Source: Pseudomonas aeruginosa (GTDB lineage Bacteria > Pseudomonadota > Gammaproteobacteria > Pseudomonadales > Pseudomonadaceae). From it: 32,000 nucleotides of DNA. The notes below the pieces were generated by a model that saw nothing but the letters and a program-made list of their open reading frames with translations, made no database searches and was not told the DNA's origin. Location of the stretch: positions 6,284,980 through 6,316,979 of the forward strand of contig NZ_LN831024.1 in the NCBI RefSeq assembly GCF_001457615.1, read 5' to 3'. Numbering within the stretch: the stretch's first letter is position 1; each line of letters begins with the position of its first letter. Shown one piece after another: positions 1-8,965 of this stretch. A program made the position numbers and the translations under genes.

Positions 1-228
1 TTCAACTGCCGGGTCGGCGATGGCTGCGTGGTCCGCCACAACGCGGTGGTCGACGGCTGCGACCTGCCAGCGGGTTTCTACGTACCGTCCACCGAGCGCA
101 TCGGTCCGCGCACCGACCTGGCGAGCATGCCGCGGGTCAGCGTTTCCGCCAGCGAGTTCTCGGAAGACGTGGCGCGCACCAACGTCGACCTGGTACGCGG
201 CTACAAGTCGCTGCAGAACGAGTTCTGA
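1..228 (+). CDS. Gamma-carbonic-anhydrase / left-handed beta-helix family protein, C-terminal part (5' end outside window)
   Basis: Frame 1 is open from base 1 (FNCRVGDGCVVRHNAVVDGCDLPAGFYVPSTERIGPRTDL...) to TGA at 226-228. Hexapeptide-like repeats; located immediately upstream of pyrQ as in the P. aeruginosa PA5540-PA5541 arrangement. Confidence 0.75.
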   Translation, partial: FNCRVGDGCVVRHNAVVDGCDLPAGFYVPSTERIGPRTDLASMPRVSVSASEFSEDVARTNVDLVRGYKSLQNEF

Positions 229-230
229 AC

Positions 231-1568
231 ATGCAAAGCCTGCTGATCCGCAATGCCCGGATGGTCAACGAGGGGCAGGTACGCGAAGGCGATCTGCTGG
301 TCCGCCACGGTCGCATCGAACGCATCGCCGGCTGCCTGGAAAACTGCGGCGCCAGCCGGGAGATCGATGCCGCCGGACGCTACCTGCTGCCGGGAATGAT
401 CGACGACCAGGTGCACTTCCGCGAGCCGGGTTATCCACAGAAGGGCTCGATCGCCAGCGAATCCCGCGCCGCCGTGGCGGGCGGCATCACCAGTTTCATG
501 GACATGCCCAATACCCGCCCGGCGACGCTGAGCCTCGAAGCGCTGGCGGAAAAGAAGCGCCTCGCCGCCGCCCATAGCGTGGCCAACTTCGGTTTCCACT
601 TCGGCGTCAGCCGCGACAACCTCGACACCGTGGCCGCCCTCGATCCACGCGAGGTCGCCGCGGTGAAGGTGTTCATGGGCGCCTCCACCGGCGACATGCT
701 GGTGGACGACCTGCCGACCCTGGAGCGCCTGTTCGCCAGCGTTCCGACCCTGCTGCTGAGCCATTGCGAAGACACGCCGCGGATCGAAGCCAACCTGGCG
801 CGCTGGCGACAACGCTTCGGTGAACGTATTCCGGCAGCCGCCCACCCGCGCATTCGCGACGCCGAGGCTTGCTACCGTTCCACCGCCCTGGCGGTGGAAC
901 TGGCGCAACGACATGGCACGCTGCTGCATGTCCTGCACTTATCCACAGCGCGTGAACTGGCCCTGTTCGAGGACAAGCCGCTGTGCCAGAAACGCATCAC
1001 CGCGGAAGTCTGCGTCCACCATCTGCTGTTCGACGACAGCGACTACGCCCGCCTCGGCCATCTGCTCAAGTGCAACCCGGCGATCAAGAGCCGCGAGGAC
1101 CGCGACGCCCTGCGCAGGGCGCTGGCCGGCAACCGCCTGGACGTGATCGGCACCGACCACGCGCCGCACGCCTGGGCCGAGAAGCAGCAGGCTTATCCAC
1201 AGGCGCCGGCCGGCCTGCCACTGGTCCAGCATGCGTTGCCGGCACTCCTGGAGCTGGTCCGCGAAGGCTGGCTGTCGCTTGCCACCCTGGTGGCGAAGAC
1301 CAGCCACCGGGTCGCCGAACTGTTCGCCATCGCCGATCGCGGTTTCCTCCGCGAAGGTTACTGGGCCGACCTGGTGCTGGTCAGCGAACTGGAGCACCCG
1401 GCGCTGGCCAGCGCCATGCCGCTGCTGTCGCGCTGCAACTGGACGCCGTTCCGCCACCGGGCATTCCACCATCGGATCGATACCACCATCGTCTCCGGGC
1501 AACTCGCCTGGCACGCGGGACGCCTGTCCGACGATTGCCAGGGACTGCCCCTGCGGTTTTCCCGCTGA
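231..1568 (+). CDS. pyrQ: Dihydroorotase paralog (amidohydrolase superfamily), PyrQ/PA5541-like
   Basis: 445 aa; motifs DDQVHFREPGYPQKGSIASES, VKVFMGASTGDM, LLSHCED, LHVLHLST, VIGTDHAPHAW. Starts 2 nt after the upstream stop (same operon). Confidence 0.9.
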   Translation: MQSLLIRNARMVNEGQVREGDLLVRHGRIERIAGCLENCGASREIDAAGRYLLPGMIDDQVHFREPGYPQKGSIASESRAAVAGGITSFMDMPNTRPATLSLEALAEKKRLAAAHSVANFGFHFGVSRDNLDTVAALDPREVAAVKVFMGASTGDMLVDDLPTLERLFASVPTLLLSHCEDTPRIEANLARWRQRFGERIPAAAHPRIRDAEACYRSTALAVELAQRHGTLLHVLHLSTARELALFEDKPLCQKRITAEVCVHHLLFDDSDYARLGHLLKCNPAIKSREDRDALRRALAGNRLDVIGTDHAPHAWAEKQQAYPQAPAGLPLVQHALPALLELVREGWLSLATLVAKTSHRVAELFAIADRGFLREGYWADLVLVSELEHPALASAMPLLSRCNWTPFRHRAFHHRIDTTIVSGQLAWHAGRLSDDCQGLPLRFSR

Positions 1569-1575
1569 AGTCTTG

Positions 1576-1593
1576 TCCACAGCCTGCTGTGGA
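1576..1593. terminator. Short hairpin TCCACAG-CCTG-CTGTGGA between convergent genes pyrQ and the PA5542-like gene
   Basis: Perfect 7-bp inverted repeat directly after the pyrQ stop; no strong T tract, so terminator function is weakly supported. Confidence 0.35.
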
Positions 1594-1612
1594 TATCCGT
1601 TAGCCCACGGCC

Positions 1613-2857
1613 CTAGCGCAGGGCTTTCACCGCCGCGCCAAGGAAGGCATAGGTCTCCTCCTCGCGATCGTCCATCTCCGGCTTCGGCCAGGCGCTCCAG
1701 ACCACCGCCACGATCTTCTCCTTGCGGTTGATGTAGAGGTACTGGCCGAAGATGCCCTGGGCTTCGAAGGCCCCGCCGTCATGCTCGGGCAGGGCCTTGG
1801 CGCCCACCGGGAAGGTCCACCACTGGTAGCCGTAGCCGAGCGCGTATTCGCCATCGTAGAGCTTGCCCGGGGCCAGGTGGGAAGTAGCCTCGACGCGACT
1901 GGCACGATCGACCCAACCTTCGGGGAGGATACGTTCGCCATCGATCACCCCGTCCTCGAGGACGAACTGGCCGAAGCGGCCATAGTCGCGCAGGGTCGCG
2001 CTCAAGCCGCTGCTGCCGATCTCTTGCCCGGCCGGCGATTCCAGTTGCCAGAAGCCGTCGCTCTCCATGCCCATTCGCGCCCAGATCCGCTCGGACAGGT
2101 AGTCGCTCACCGGAATGCGGGTCGCCGCGTGCAGCAGCTCGCTCTGCAGGTGCGACTCGCCGGTGCTGTAGGTGAAGTGGGTACCGCTCGGGTACTGCCG
2201 CGGCAGGCTCGCCAGCAGCCGCAGGATGCCACCGGGACGTTCGGCGAGCTGGGCGTCGAACATCTGCCGGCGGTCGGACTTCGGATCGCGATAGGTCTCG
2301 TTCCAGCGGACCCCGGAACTCATCTGCAGGACCTGCTCCACCGTCACCCCCTGGTAGGCGGAGCCGGCCAGGCTCGGCAGGTACTTGTCCACAGGCTGGT
2401 CGAGAGCCAGCAGGCCCTGCTGCACGGCGGCGCCCACCAGGGTCGAGGAGATCGACTTGACCACCGAGAACGAGGTCCAGCGCGTGCGTTCGTCGTTGCC
2501 CAGGCCGTAGCGCTCCAGGGCGACCTTGCCATCCTTGAGGACCAGCACCCCGCCAACGCGGTTGCGCCGCATGAAATCGTCGACGCCGTATTCCTCGCCG
2601 CCGATCCGGTAGCGCGGCGCGATGGCCACACCCGCCGGCAGCGGACGGACCTTGGTCCCCTTGTGGATAACCCGGGTCGGATAGACCTTGTCCATGTTCC
2701 GGTAGGTGTCCGGCTGGTATTCCGGGATCAGTTCATAGAGATCGGCGGCACGGCCGATCCGCGGGTTTTCCACAGCCGCGTCGGCGCCGGCCGAGCCGCT
2801 TGCCGAGACGAACAGTGCCAGCAGGGCCGGCCGGAAGACTGATATACAGCTACGCAT
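1613..2857 (-). CDS. Serine-hydrolase/class-C-beta-lactamase-family protein with signal peptide (PA5542 / PIB-1-like imipenemase)
   Basis: MRSCISVFRPALLALFVSASGSAGA signal peptide; SxxK motif in SFSVVKSISSTLVG; Y-x-T in THFTYSTGESHLQSELL. The ORF track extends upstream to 2971, but the ATG at 2857 gives a plausible signal peptide. Confidence 0.85.
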   Translation of the reverse strand: MRSCISVFRPALLALFVSASGSAGADAAVENPRIGRAADLYELIPEYQPDTYRNMDKVYPTRVIHKGTKVRPLPAGVAIAPRYRIGGEEYGVDDFMRRNRVGGVLVLKDGKVALERYGLGNDERTRWTSFSVVKSISSTLVGAAVQQGLLALDQPVDKYLPSLAGSAYQGVTVEQVLQMSSGVRWNETYRDPKSDRRQMFDAQLAERPGGILRLLASLPRQYPSGTHFTYSTGESHLQSELLHAATRIPVSDYLSERIWARMGMESDGFWQLESPAGQEIGSSGLSATLRDYGRFGQFVLEDGVIDGERILPEGWVDRASRVEATSHLAPGKLYDGEYALGYGYQWWTFPVGAKALPEHDGGAFEAQGIFGQYLYINRKEKIVAVVWSAWPKPEMDDREEETYAFLGAAVKALR

Positions 2858-2943
2858 GGACGTTTTCCTTATGACCGGAAGCAGCTCCGGCTTCGTCGTT
2901 TTTATGGATGTGGACTGGCGTCTCAGGGTTATCCACAGGACGT

Positions 2944-3342
2944 TCAGTCGCTCGGGTCCCGTATCGGACACGCCCAGAGTTCGACCGCCGGGCGCTCACG
3001 GTCCGGCGGACCGATCCAGCGCGCCAGCGCATCGCAGCGCCCCTGACGGCAGATCCGGTAGTCGCCGGCCTCCGGTGTGCGCCCCAGCCGCAACGGTTGC
3101 AACGGCGGCACCCCACGGTGGTAATGCCAGGCGCCGTCACGCAGCACGGCGCCCTCGGGAATCTCCATCCCCGCCCCGCTGCCCCGCACCCGGGCCTCTT
3201 CCAGCAGCAGGCCGCGCTCACTCAGGCGATAGTCTTCTTCCCAGAGCACCTTCTCGACCGTGTGTTGCCAGGCCAGGGTGAACGACTGCAGCGGCAGCGT
3301 CGCCCAGACGCTGCCGGCCATGCCCAGACACAGCGCGATCAC
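2944..3342 (-). CDS. DUF1850-type small protein of a TAXI TRAP transporter operon (PA5543-like)
   Basis: Probable GTG start at 3342 overlaps the TGA of the upstream permease gene (GTGA overlap); sequence VIALCLGMAGSVWATLPLQSFTLAWQHTVEKVLWEEDY...; conserved position next to the fused permease. Confidence 0.75.
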   Translation of the reverse strand: MIALCLGMAGSVWATLPLQSFTLAWQHTVEKVLWEEDYRLSERGLLLEEARVRGSGAGMEIPEGAVLRDGAWHYHRGVPPLQPLRLGRTPEAGDYRICRQGRCDALARWIGPPDRERPAVELWACPIRDPSD

Positions 3343-5363
3343 GCCACCGCCTCGCGCGCACGCTGGCGCCAGAGGTGCCAGCCGATCACCAGCGCGCCGA
3401 GGACGAAGCCCAGCTCGTCGCTGATCGGCAAGGCCAGGACCAGGCTGGCCCCGGCGGCGAACGCCACCAGGCGCTCCCACCAGGCCAGCGGCCCCTGCAG
3501 GTAGCCGATGGAAGCCATGCCCCACAGGCCGATGGCCAGCACCGCCTTGCAGGTGACATAGAGCGTCGCCCCCCAACCGCCTTCCTGCAGCATCAGCGCC
3601 GGGGAATACACCGCCATGAACGGCACCACGAAACCCGCCAGGGCGATGCGCACCGCCCAGAAGCTGATTTTCAATCCCCTTTCCTTGGCGATCGGCGCGG
3701 CCGCGAAACAGGCCAGCGCCACCGGAGGGGTGAGGTCGGCGAGGATGCCGAAGTAGAAGACGAACATGTGCGAGACGATCAGCGGCACCCCCAGTTCCAG
3801 CAGCGCCGGCGCGGCGATGGAGCTGGTGATGATGTAGTTGGGGATGGTCGGGATGCCCATTCCCAGGACCAGGCAGGTGACCATGGTCAGGACCAGCGAC
3901 AGCAGCAGGTTCTCCCGTCCCAGGTCGAGCACGTAGCTGGCGAAGGTGGTGGCGATGCCGGTCAGCGAAATCACCCCGATGATGACTCCCACCAGGGTGC
4001 AGGCGATGCCCACCGGGATCGCATGTCGCGCACCTTCGGCGAGGGCGCGGACGCAGATGCGCAGGGTTTCCCGGCCGCCACGGACGAACCAGCAGGCCAG
4101 GGCCAGGGCCGCGATCACGACGAAGATCACCCCGATGCCGAGGCGGAAGAACCCCGCGCAGAGCAGCCCCAGCGCCACCCAGAAGGCGATGCGCAGGCCG
4201 AGCGAGGACACCCGCAGGATGATCGCCGAACCGAGGATGACGATGGCGGTCAGCGCCAGGCCGATGGTTCCGGAGAACAGCGGCGTGCGCCCGGAGAACA
4301 GCAGCGCGATCAGCACCAGCAACGGAATCAGCAGGAACCAGCGCTCGCGGACGGCACCCCAGGCGCTCGGACACTGATCGCGCGGCAGGCCCTTTAGATC
4401 GGCCCGGCGGGCCTCGAGGTGGACCATCCAGTACACCGAGCCGAAATACAGCAGGGCCGGGATCAGCGCCGCCTTGGCGATCTCCACGTAGGGGACGTTG
4501 ATGGTCTCGGCCATAATGAACGCCACCGCCCCCATCACCGGCGGCATCAGTTGGCTGCCCATGCTCGCGGTCGCCTCGACGCCGCCGGCGAACGCCGGCT
4601 TGTAGCCGAAACGCTTCATCAGCGGGATGGTGAACTGTCCGGTGGTGACCACGTTGGCCACGCCGGAGCCGGTGATGGTGCCCATCAGCGCCGAGGAGAA
4701 TACCGAGACCTTGGCCGGCCCGCCGACCCGGTGACCGAACAGGCCCATGGCGAAATCGGTGAACAGGCGGATCATGCCGGCCTGCTCGAGGAAGGCGCCG
4801 AACAGGATGAACAGATAGATGTAGGTGGCCGATACGTAGGTCGGCGTGCCGTAGAGACCTTCGGTACCGAACGACAGCTGGTTGACGATCTGGTCGAAGC
4901 CGTAGCCGCGGTGGGCCAGGTCGCCCGGCAGGTGTTCGCCGAACAGGCCATAGGCAAGAAACAGCGCGCAGATGATCGGCAAGGCGATGCCCATCACCCG
5001 TCGCGCCGCCTCGAAGACCAGGACGATCAGCACCACGCCGACGACCATGTCGGCCTGGGTCAGCTCTCCGGAGCGCTGGATCAGGTCGCCCTCGAAAACC
5101 CACTGGTAGACCGCCGTGCCCAGGCCGGCCATGCCCAGCAACCAGGCCAGCGGCTGCCAGGGGCGACCTATGCCGAAGGCGGGATAGCTGATGTACACCA
5201 CCAGCAACAGCAGTCCGACGTGCATTGCCCGCAGGACCTGGGTGGAAATCAGGGGAAAGGCCGCGGTGACGACCTGGAACACGGAAAAGGCCAGGGCCAC
5301 GGCGAACAACGCGCGCGGCCAGTTTTCCGCCTCAAGATGCAGCCCGTTCTGATGATCGCTCAT
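3339..5363 (-). CDS. TRAP transporter permease, fused 4TM/12TM type (DctQM fusion)
   Basis: 674 aa multi-spanning protein starting MSDHQNGLHLEAENWPRALFAV; motifs QLMPPVMGAVAFIMAE, MVTCLVLGMGIPTIPNYIITSSIAAPAL, FYFGILADLTPPVALACFAAAPIAKE. Confidence 0.92.
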   Translation of the reverse strand: MSDHQNGLHLEAENWPRALFAVALAFSVFQVVTAAFPLISTQVLRAMHVGLLLLVVYISYPAFGIGRPWQPLAWLLGMAGLGTAVYQWVFEGDLIQRSGELTQADMVVGVVLIVLVFEAARRVMGIALPIICALFLAYGLFGEHLPGDLAHRGYGFDQIVNQLSFGTEGLYGTPTYVSATYIYLFILFGAFLEQAGMIRLFTDFAMGLFGHRVGGPAKVSVFSSALMGTITGSGVANVVTTGQFTIPLMKRFGYKPAFAGGVEATASMGSQLMPPVMGAVAFIMAETINVPYVEIAKAALIPALLYFGSVYWMVHLEARRADLKGLPRDQCPSAWGAVRERWFLLIPLLVLIALLFSGRTPLFSGTIGLALTAIVILGSAIILRVSSLGLRIAFWVALGLLCAGFFRLGIGVIFVVIAALALACWFVRGGRETLRICVRALAEGARHAIPVGIACTLVGVIIGVISLTGIATTFASYVLDLGRENLLLSLVLTMVTCLVLGMGIPTIPNYIITSSIAAPALLELGVPLIVSHMFVFYFGILADLTPPVALACFAAAPIAKERGLKISFWAVRIALAGFVVPFMAVYSPALMLQEGGWGATLYVTCKAVLAIGLWGMASIGYLQGPLAWWERLVAFAAGASLVLALPISDELGFVLGALVIGWHLWRQRAREAVA

Positions 5364-5437
5364 GCATCGACTCCCTACAGCCGGAAACGCGGGGAACCCG
5401 GTCCGCCGCACGGACCGGGGCTACGGAGAAACGGGCC

Positions 5438-6397
5438 TCACTCGGGCAGTACGCCCTTCTCCTTGTAGAAGCGCTCGGCGCCGGGATGCAGCGGAATCGG
5501 CAGGTTCTTCGCCGCCTTGTCCAGGGCGATGTCCTTGGCGGCAGCATGGGCGGTGACCAGGCGCGGCAGGTTGTCGAACATCAGCTTGGTCATCTGGTAG
5601 GCCAGCTCGTCGCTGACCCCGGAGTGGCTGACCAGGATATTGTCGATCGCCACCGTCGGCACGTCCTGCTCCTGGCCATCGTAGGTGCCGGCGGGAATGC
5701 TCGCGGCGTGGTAGGCCGGGCTGTCGATCTTCGCCACCACGTCCGCCGGGATCGCGACGAAGGTGATCGGCATGGTCGAGGCCAGGTCGCGGATGGCCGC
5801 CATGCCCAGGCCGGAGGATTGCAGCGTAGCGTCGAGCTGGCGGTTCTTGATCAGCTCCACCGACTCGGCGTAGGGCAGGTACTCCACCTTGCCCATGTCC
5901 TCGTAGCTCAGGCCGGCGGCCTTGAAGATCGCCCGGGCGTTCAGCTCGGTACCGCTCTTGGGCGCGCCCACCGAAATGCGCTTGCCTTTCAGGTCGGCCA
6001 GGGTCTTGATGCCCGAGGCTTGGCTGGCCACTACCTGGATATAGTTCGGATAGGTATTGCCGATAGCCCGCAGCTTCTTCAACGGCGCCTTGAAGCCGGC
6101 GTCGGCGACCCCGTTCCAGGCGTCGGCGACCGAGTCGCCCAGCGCCAGCGCCAGTTCTCCACGCCCGGCCTGCAACAGGTTGAGGTTCTCGACCGAAGCC
6201 TTGGTGGCCTGCACCGAGGTTTTCGCGCCCTGGATATCGTGCCCGTAGATCTGCGAGAGGCCGACCCCTATGGGGTAATAGACCCCGCTGGTGCCGCCGG
6301 TGAGGATATTGATGAAGGTCGGCGCGGCAAAGACCGCGGTACTGAAGGTCACCGTTGCGGCAAGCGTGAAAAGACCGAAGCGTCTGCTCAGCGACAT
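5438..6397 (-). CDS. TAXI family TRAP transporter solute-binding protein
   Basis: 319 aa; signal peptide then FINILTGGTSGVYYPIGVGLSQIYG, LKGKRISVGAPKSGTELNARAIFKAAG (TAXI signature region), C-terminal PLHPGAERFYKEKG. Confidence 0.92.
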   Translation of the reverse strand: MSLSRRFGLFTLAATVTFSTAVFAAPTFINILTGGTSGVYYPIGVGLSQIYGHDIQGAKTSVQATKASVENLNLLQAGRGELALALGDSVADAWNGVADAGFKAPLKKLRAIGNTYPNYIQVVASQASGIKTLADLKGKRISVGAPKSGTELNARAIFKAAGLSYEDMGKVEYLPYAESVELIKNRQLDATLQSSGLGMAAIRDLASTMPITFVAIPADVVAKIDSPAYHAASIPAGTYDGQEQDVPTVAIDNILVSHSGVSDELAYQMTKLMFDNLPRLVTAHAAAKDIALDKAAKNLPIPLHPGAERFYKEKGVLPE

Positions 6398-6525
6398 GGG
6401 AAGTCTCCTGTTCTTATCGTTGTTGTCGCGCTGTCGCGGAAGCGTCCCGGCTTCCTTCGACCGCGCAGGACTTCGTGCAGACTAGACCGCCCCGCCACGC
6501 AGGACAATCAGCAAGGACCGATTGC

Positions 6526-6554
6526 GCGACCGGCTCCGCAAGGGAGCCGGTCGC
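6526..6554. terminator. 12-bp perfect hairpin GCGACCGGCTCC-gcaag-GGAGCCGGTCGC
   Basis: Strong inverted repeat just downstream of the CFA-synthase-like gene stop (minus strand) and upstream of the TAXI operon; no obvious U tract. Confidence 0.5.
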
Positions 6555-6560
6555 CGGCGT

Positions 6561-7745
6561 TCAGGCGTACAGGTCGCGCCGCGACCAGGGCAGCTCGTGG
6601 GAGCCATCCTCGTGGGGGCGAATGGCGAGGATCTGGTGCAGGTTGATCCAGCCGCGCTTGAAGCCGTAGGCGCATCCGGCCAGGTACAGCCGCCAGATCC
6701 GCAGGGTTTCCTCGGGCACCAGGCGAGCCGCCTCCTTCAGCCTGGCTTCCAGGTTGGCGCTCCAGAAATCCAGGGTCCGGGCGTAGTGCAGACGCAGGCT
6801 TTCCACGTCGACTACTTCCAGCCCGGCTTCGCTCATCCGCGCCACCGCCAGCGACAGGTGCGGCAGCTCGCCGTGGGGAAACACGTAGCGATCGATGAAG
6901 TCGCCGGCCCCCTTGCCAACCGGGCGGCCGTCGGTGTAGCGCGAGGTGATGCCGTGGTTCATCACCAGGCCGCCGGGACGCACCGCATCGTACAGTTGCT
7001 GGAAGTACAGCCCCAGGTTGGCGTGCCCGACGTGCTCGAACATGCCGACGCTGACCACCTTGTCGAAGCGGCCATCGCGCGGCAGGTCGCGGTAATCCAG
7101 CAGCTTGAGGGTGACTCGGTCCTCCAGGCCTTCGGCCTTGACTCGCTCCCGGCCGAGCGCCAGCTGCTCCTTGCTCAATGTGATGCCGGTGACCTCGACG
7201 CCGAACTCGCGAGCGGCCAGGCGCGCCAGCCCCCCCCAACCGCAACCGACATCGAGCAGCTTCTCGCCCGGCTGCAAACGCAGCTTGCGGCACAGGTGAC
7301 GGAGCTTGGCCAGTTGCGCGGTGGCGAGGTCTTCCTTGCCGGTCTCGAAATAAGCGCAGGAATAGACCATTTCCGGATCCAGCCAGAGCTGGTAGAAGTC
7401 GTTGGACAGGTCGTAGTGGTAATGGATGGCTTCGGCGTCGGTGTCCTTGTCATGGCTTTCGCGAACCGGCGGCGCGCCGCCATCGGGTTCGCCGAGCGCT
7501 TCGCTGAGGGCATCGCCGATACCGATGACCTGGCTGATCGGTCCTTCGATGTCGAGACGCTTCTCGACGTAGGCCTTGCCCAGCGCATCGAGGCTGGGAT
7601 GGGTGATCTCGGTTAGCAGCGAGGGGTCGCGAATGACCATGGTTACCTGTGGATCCGGCCCCAGATCGAACGCCTGAGCATCGCCGATGCGGATCCGCAA
7701 CGGCAGTTGCAGGGACAGCAACTCAGAGGGGAGCTGTGCAATCAT
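6561..7745 (-). CDS. Cyclopropane-fatty-acyl-phospholipid synthase family SAM-dependent methyltransferase
   Basis: 394 aa; DVGCGWGGLARLAAREFGVEVTGITLSKEQ, MFEHVGHANLGLYFQQLYDAVRPGGLVMNHGIT, GGEFIDRYVFPHGELPH-type motif. AGGAGG lies 8 nt upstream of the ATG at 7745, so this start is preferred to 7763. Confidence 0.92.
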   Translation of the reverse strand: MIAQLPSELLSLQLPLRIRIGDAQAFDLGPDPQVTMVIRDPSLLTEITHPSLDALGKAYVEKRLDIEGPISQVIGIGDALSEALGEPDGGAPPVRESHDKDTDAEAIHYHYDLSNDFYQLWLDPEMVYSCAYFETGKEDLATAQLAKLRHLCRKLRLQPGEKLLDVGCGWGGLARLAAREFGVEVTGITLSKEQLALGRERVKAEGLEDRVTLKLLDYRDLPRDGRFDKVVSVGMFEHVGHANLGLYFQQLYDAVRPGGLVMNHGITSRYTDGRPVGKGAGDFIDRYVFPHGELPHLSLAVARMSEAGLEVVDVESLRLHYARTLDFWSANLEARLKEAARLVPEETLRIWRLYLAGCAYGFKRGWINLHQILAIRPHEDGSHELPWSRRDLYA

Positions 7746-7982
7746 GCCAAACCTCCTGGTCACAAGACGGGAACACTATAGTCCAGTACCTGATAGAGTT
7801 TTGCTATCGACTACTTAGCCTCCTATCTATCGATGCAAAACCCCTGAGCACTCCGATTCAGGTTAGCAGCCAGTCTGCCCATGAATAGTTGACAGTTCTG
7901 ATATACAAACTTTCCCTTGCTGCAATAACGGAATGACGCATACACCCTGTCAAAGGAAGCGGAAGCGACATAAGGAATGCCG

Positions 7983-8606
7983 ATGAACGAGACCGTATCC
8001 CTCGAAACACGCGAAGTACGCTTTCTCTCCGTGTTCGACTTCGACGGTACCCTGACATACCGAGACAGCTTCGTGCCCTTCCTGCGTTTCGCCTTCGGCA
8101 ACCGGGTGTTCGTCCGCCGCATGCTGCGCATGGCAGGACCCAGCCTGGCCTATCTCTGCCGGCGTATCGACCGCGACGACCTGAAGGCGCGCCTGATCGC
8201 CACCTTCCTCACCGATGTGCCCGTACATGTGCTGGAAGAGCGGGCGCTGGCCTACCAGAATCGCTTCTGGGAAACACTGATGCGTCCCCACGCATTGACC
8301 GCGGTGGCCGACCAGGTCAGCAGCGGCAGCACCGTGACCATCTGTTCCGCCTCCCCTTCGCTGCTACTCAGGCCGTTCGCCGAGAAGCTCGGCGTGCACC
8401 TGATCGCCACCGAGCTGGAAGTGGTAGACGGCGTACTGACCGGCAGGATCGTCGGCCGCAACTGCCGGCGCGACGAGAAAGTCTGCCGCCTGGAGCGGCA
8501 CTACGGTCCGCTGACCCAATACTCCCTGCGCGCCTGGGGCGACTCGCGCGGCGATACGGAACTGCTGGCGGCGGCGCTGGAGCGCTTCTGGAAACCGTTC
8601 CGCTGA
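7983..8606 (+). CDS. HAD superfamily, subfamily IB phosphatase
   Basis: FDFDGTLTYRDSFVPFLRFAFG (HAD motif I), SGSTVTICSASPSLLLRPF, ending region AWGDSRGDTELLAA (motif IV). AAGGAA 5 nt upstream of the second ATG. Confidence 0.88.
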   Translation: MNETVSLETREVRFLSVFDFDGTLTYRDSFVPFLRFAFGNRVFVRRMLRMAGPSLAYLCRRIDRDDLKARLIATFLTDVPVHVLEERALAYQNRFWETLMRPHALTAVADQVSSGSTVTICSASPSLLLRPFAEKLGVHLIATELEVVDGVLTGRIVGRNCRRDEKVCRLERHYGPLTQYSLRAWGDSRGDTELLAAALERFWKPFR

Positions 8607-8965
8607 CCTGTTGCCGGGTATGGTCTGGTCCGAGTATCAATCCAAAGTGGGAACCAAACCGGGGCGAATGTCGCGATATCCGGCAGGAGAGCAGAATTCG
8701 GCTAACGTTCCGATAGGGTAGTTTCTCCTGCGCTCCCAAGCCCGGGCGGTTCCGCTTGCGGCGATACTCCGAAGCCTTCTTCGATGAAATCGTGCACTGG
8801 CGCCCGGAATCTCGCTTCGTTCCCTTCTTTTCTCCCCGCCGTTCCCGCACCAGCCACACAACCATCCCTTCCATAGCCCGAGCGGTTCATCCCTGGCCCT
8901 GGCGCCGGCTCCGCGAGCCGGCGCCCCCTTGGCGTTCGTCCGCTCATTCAGCCAAAGAGAACATC

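Noticed and set aside
2944-5103. 719-aa minus-strand ORF taken as one protein
   Set aside because: Its N-terminal part is out-of-frame shadow of the TRAP permease gene; only the C-terminal 132 aa (from GTG at 3342) is likely real.
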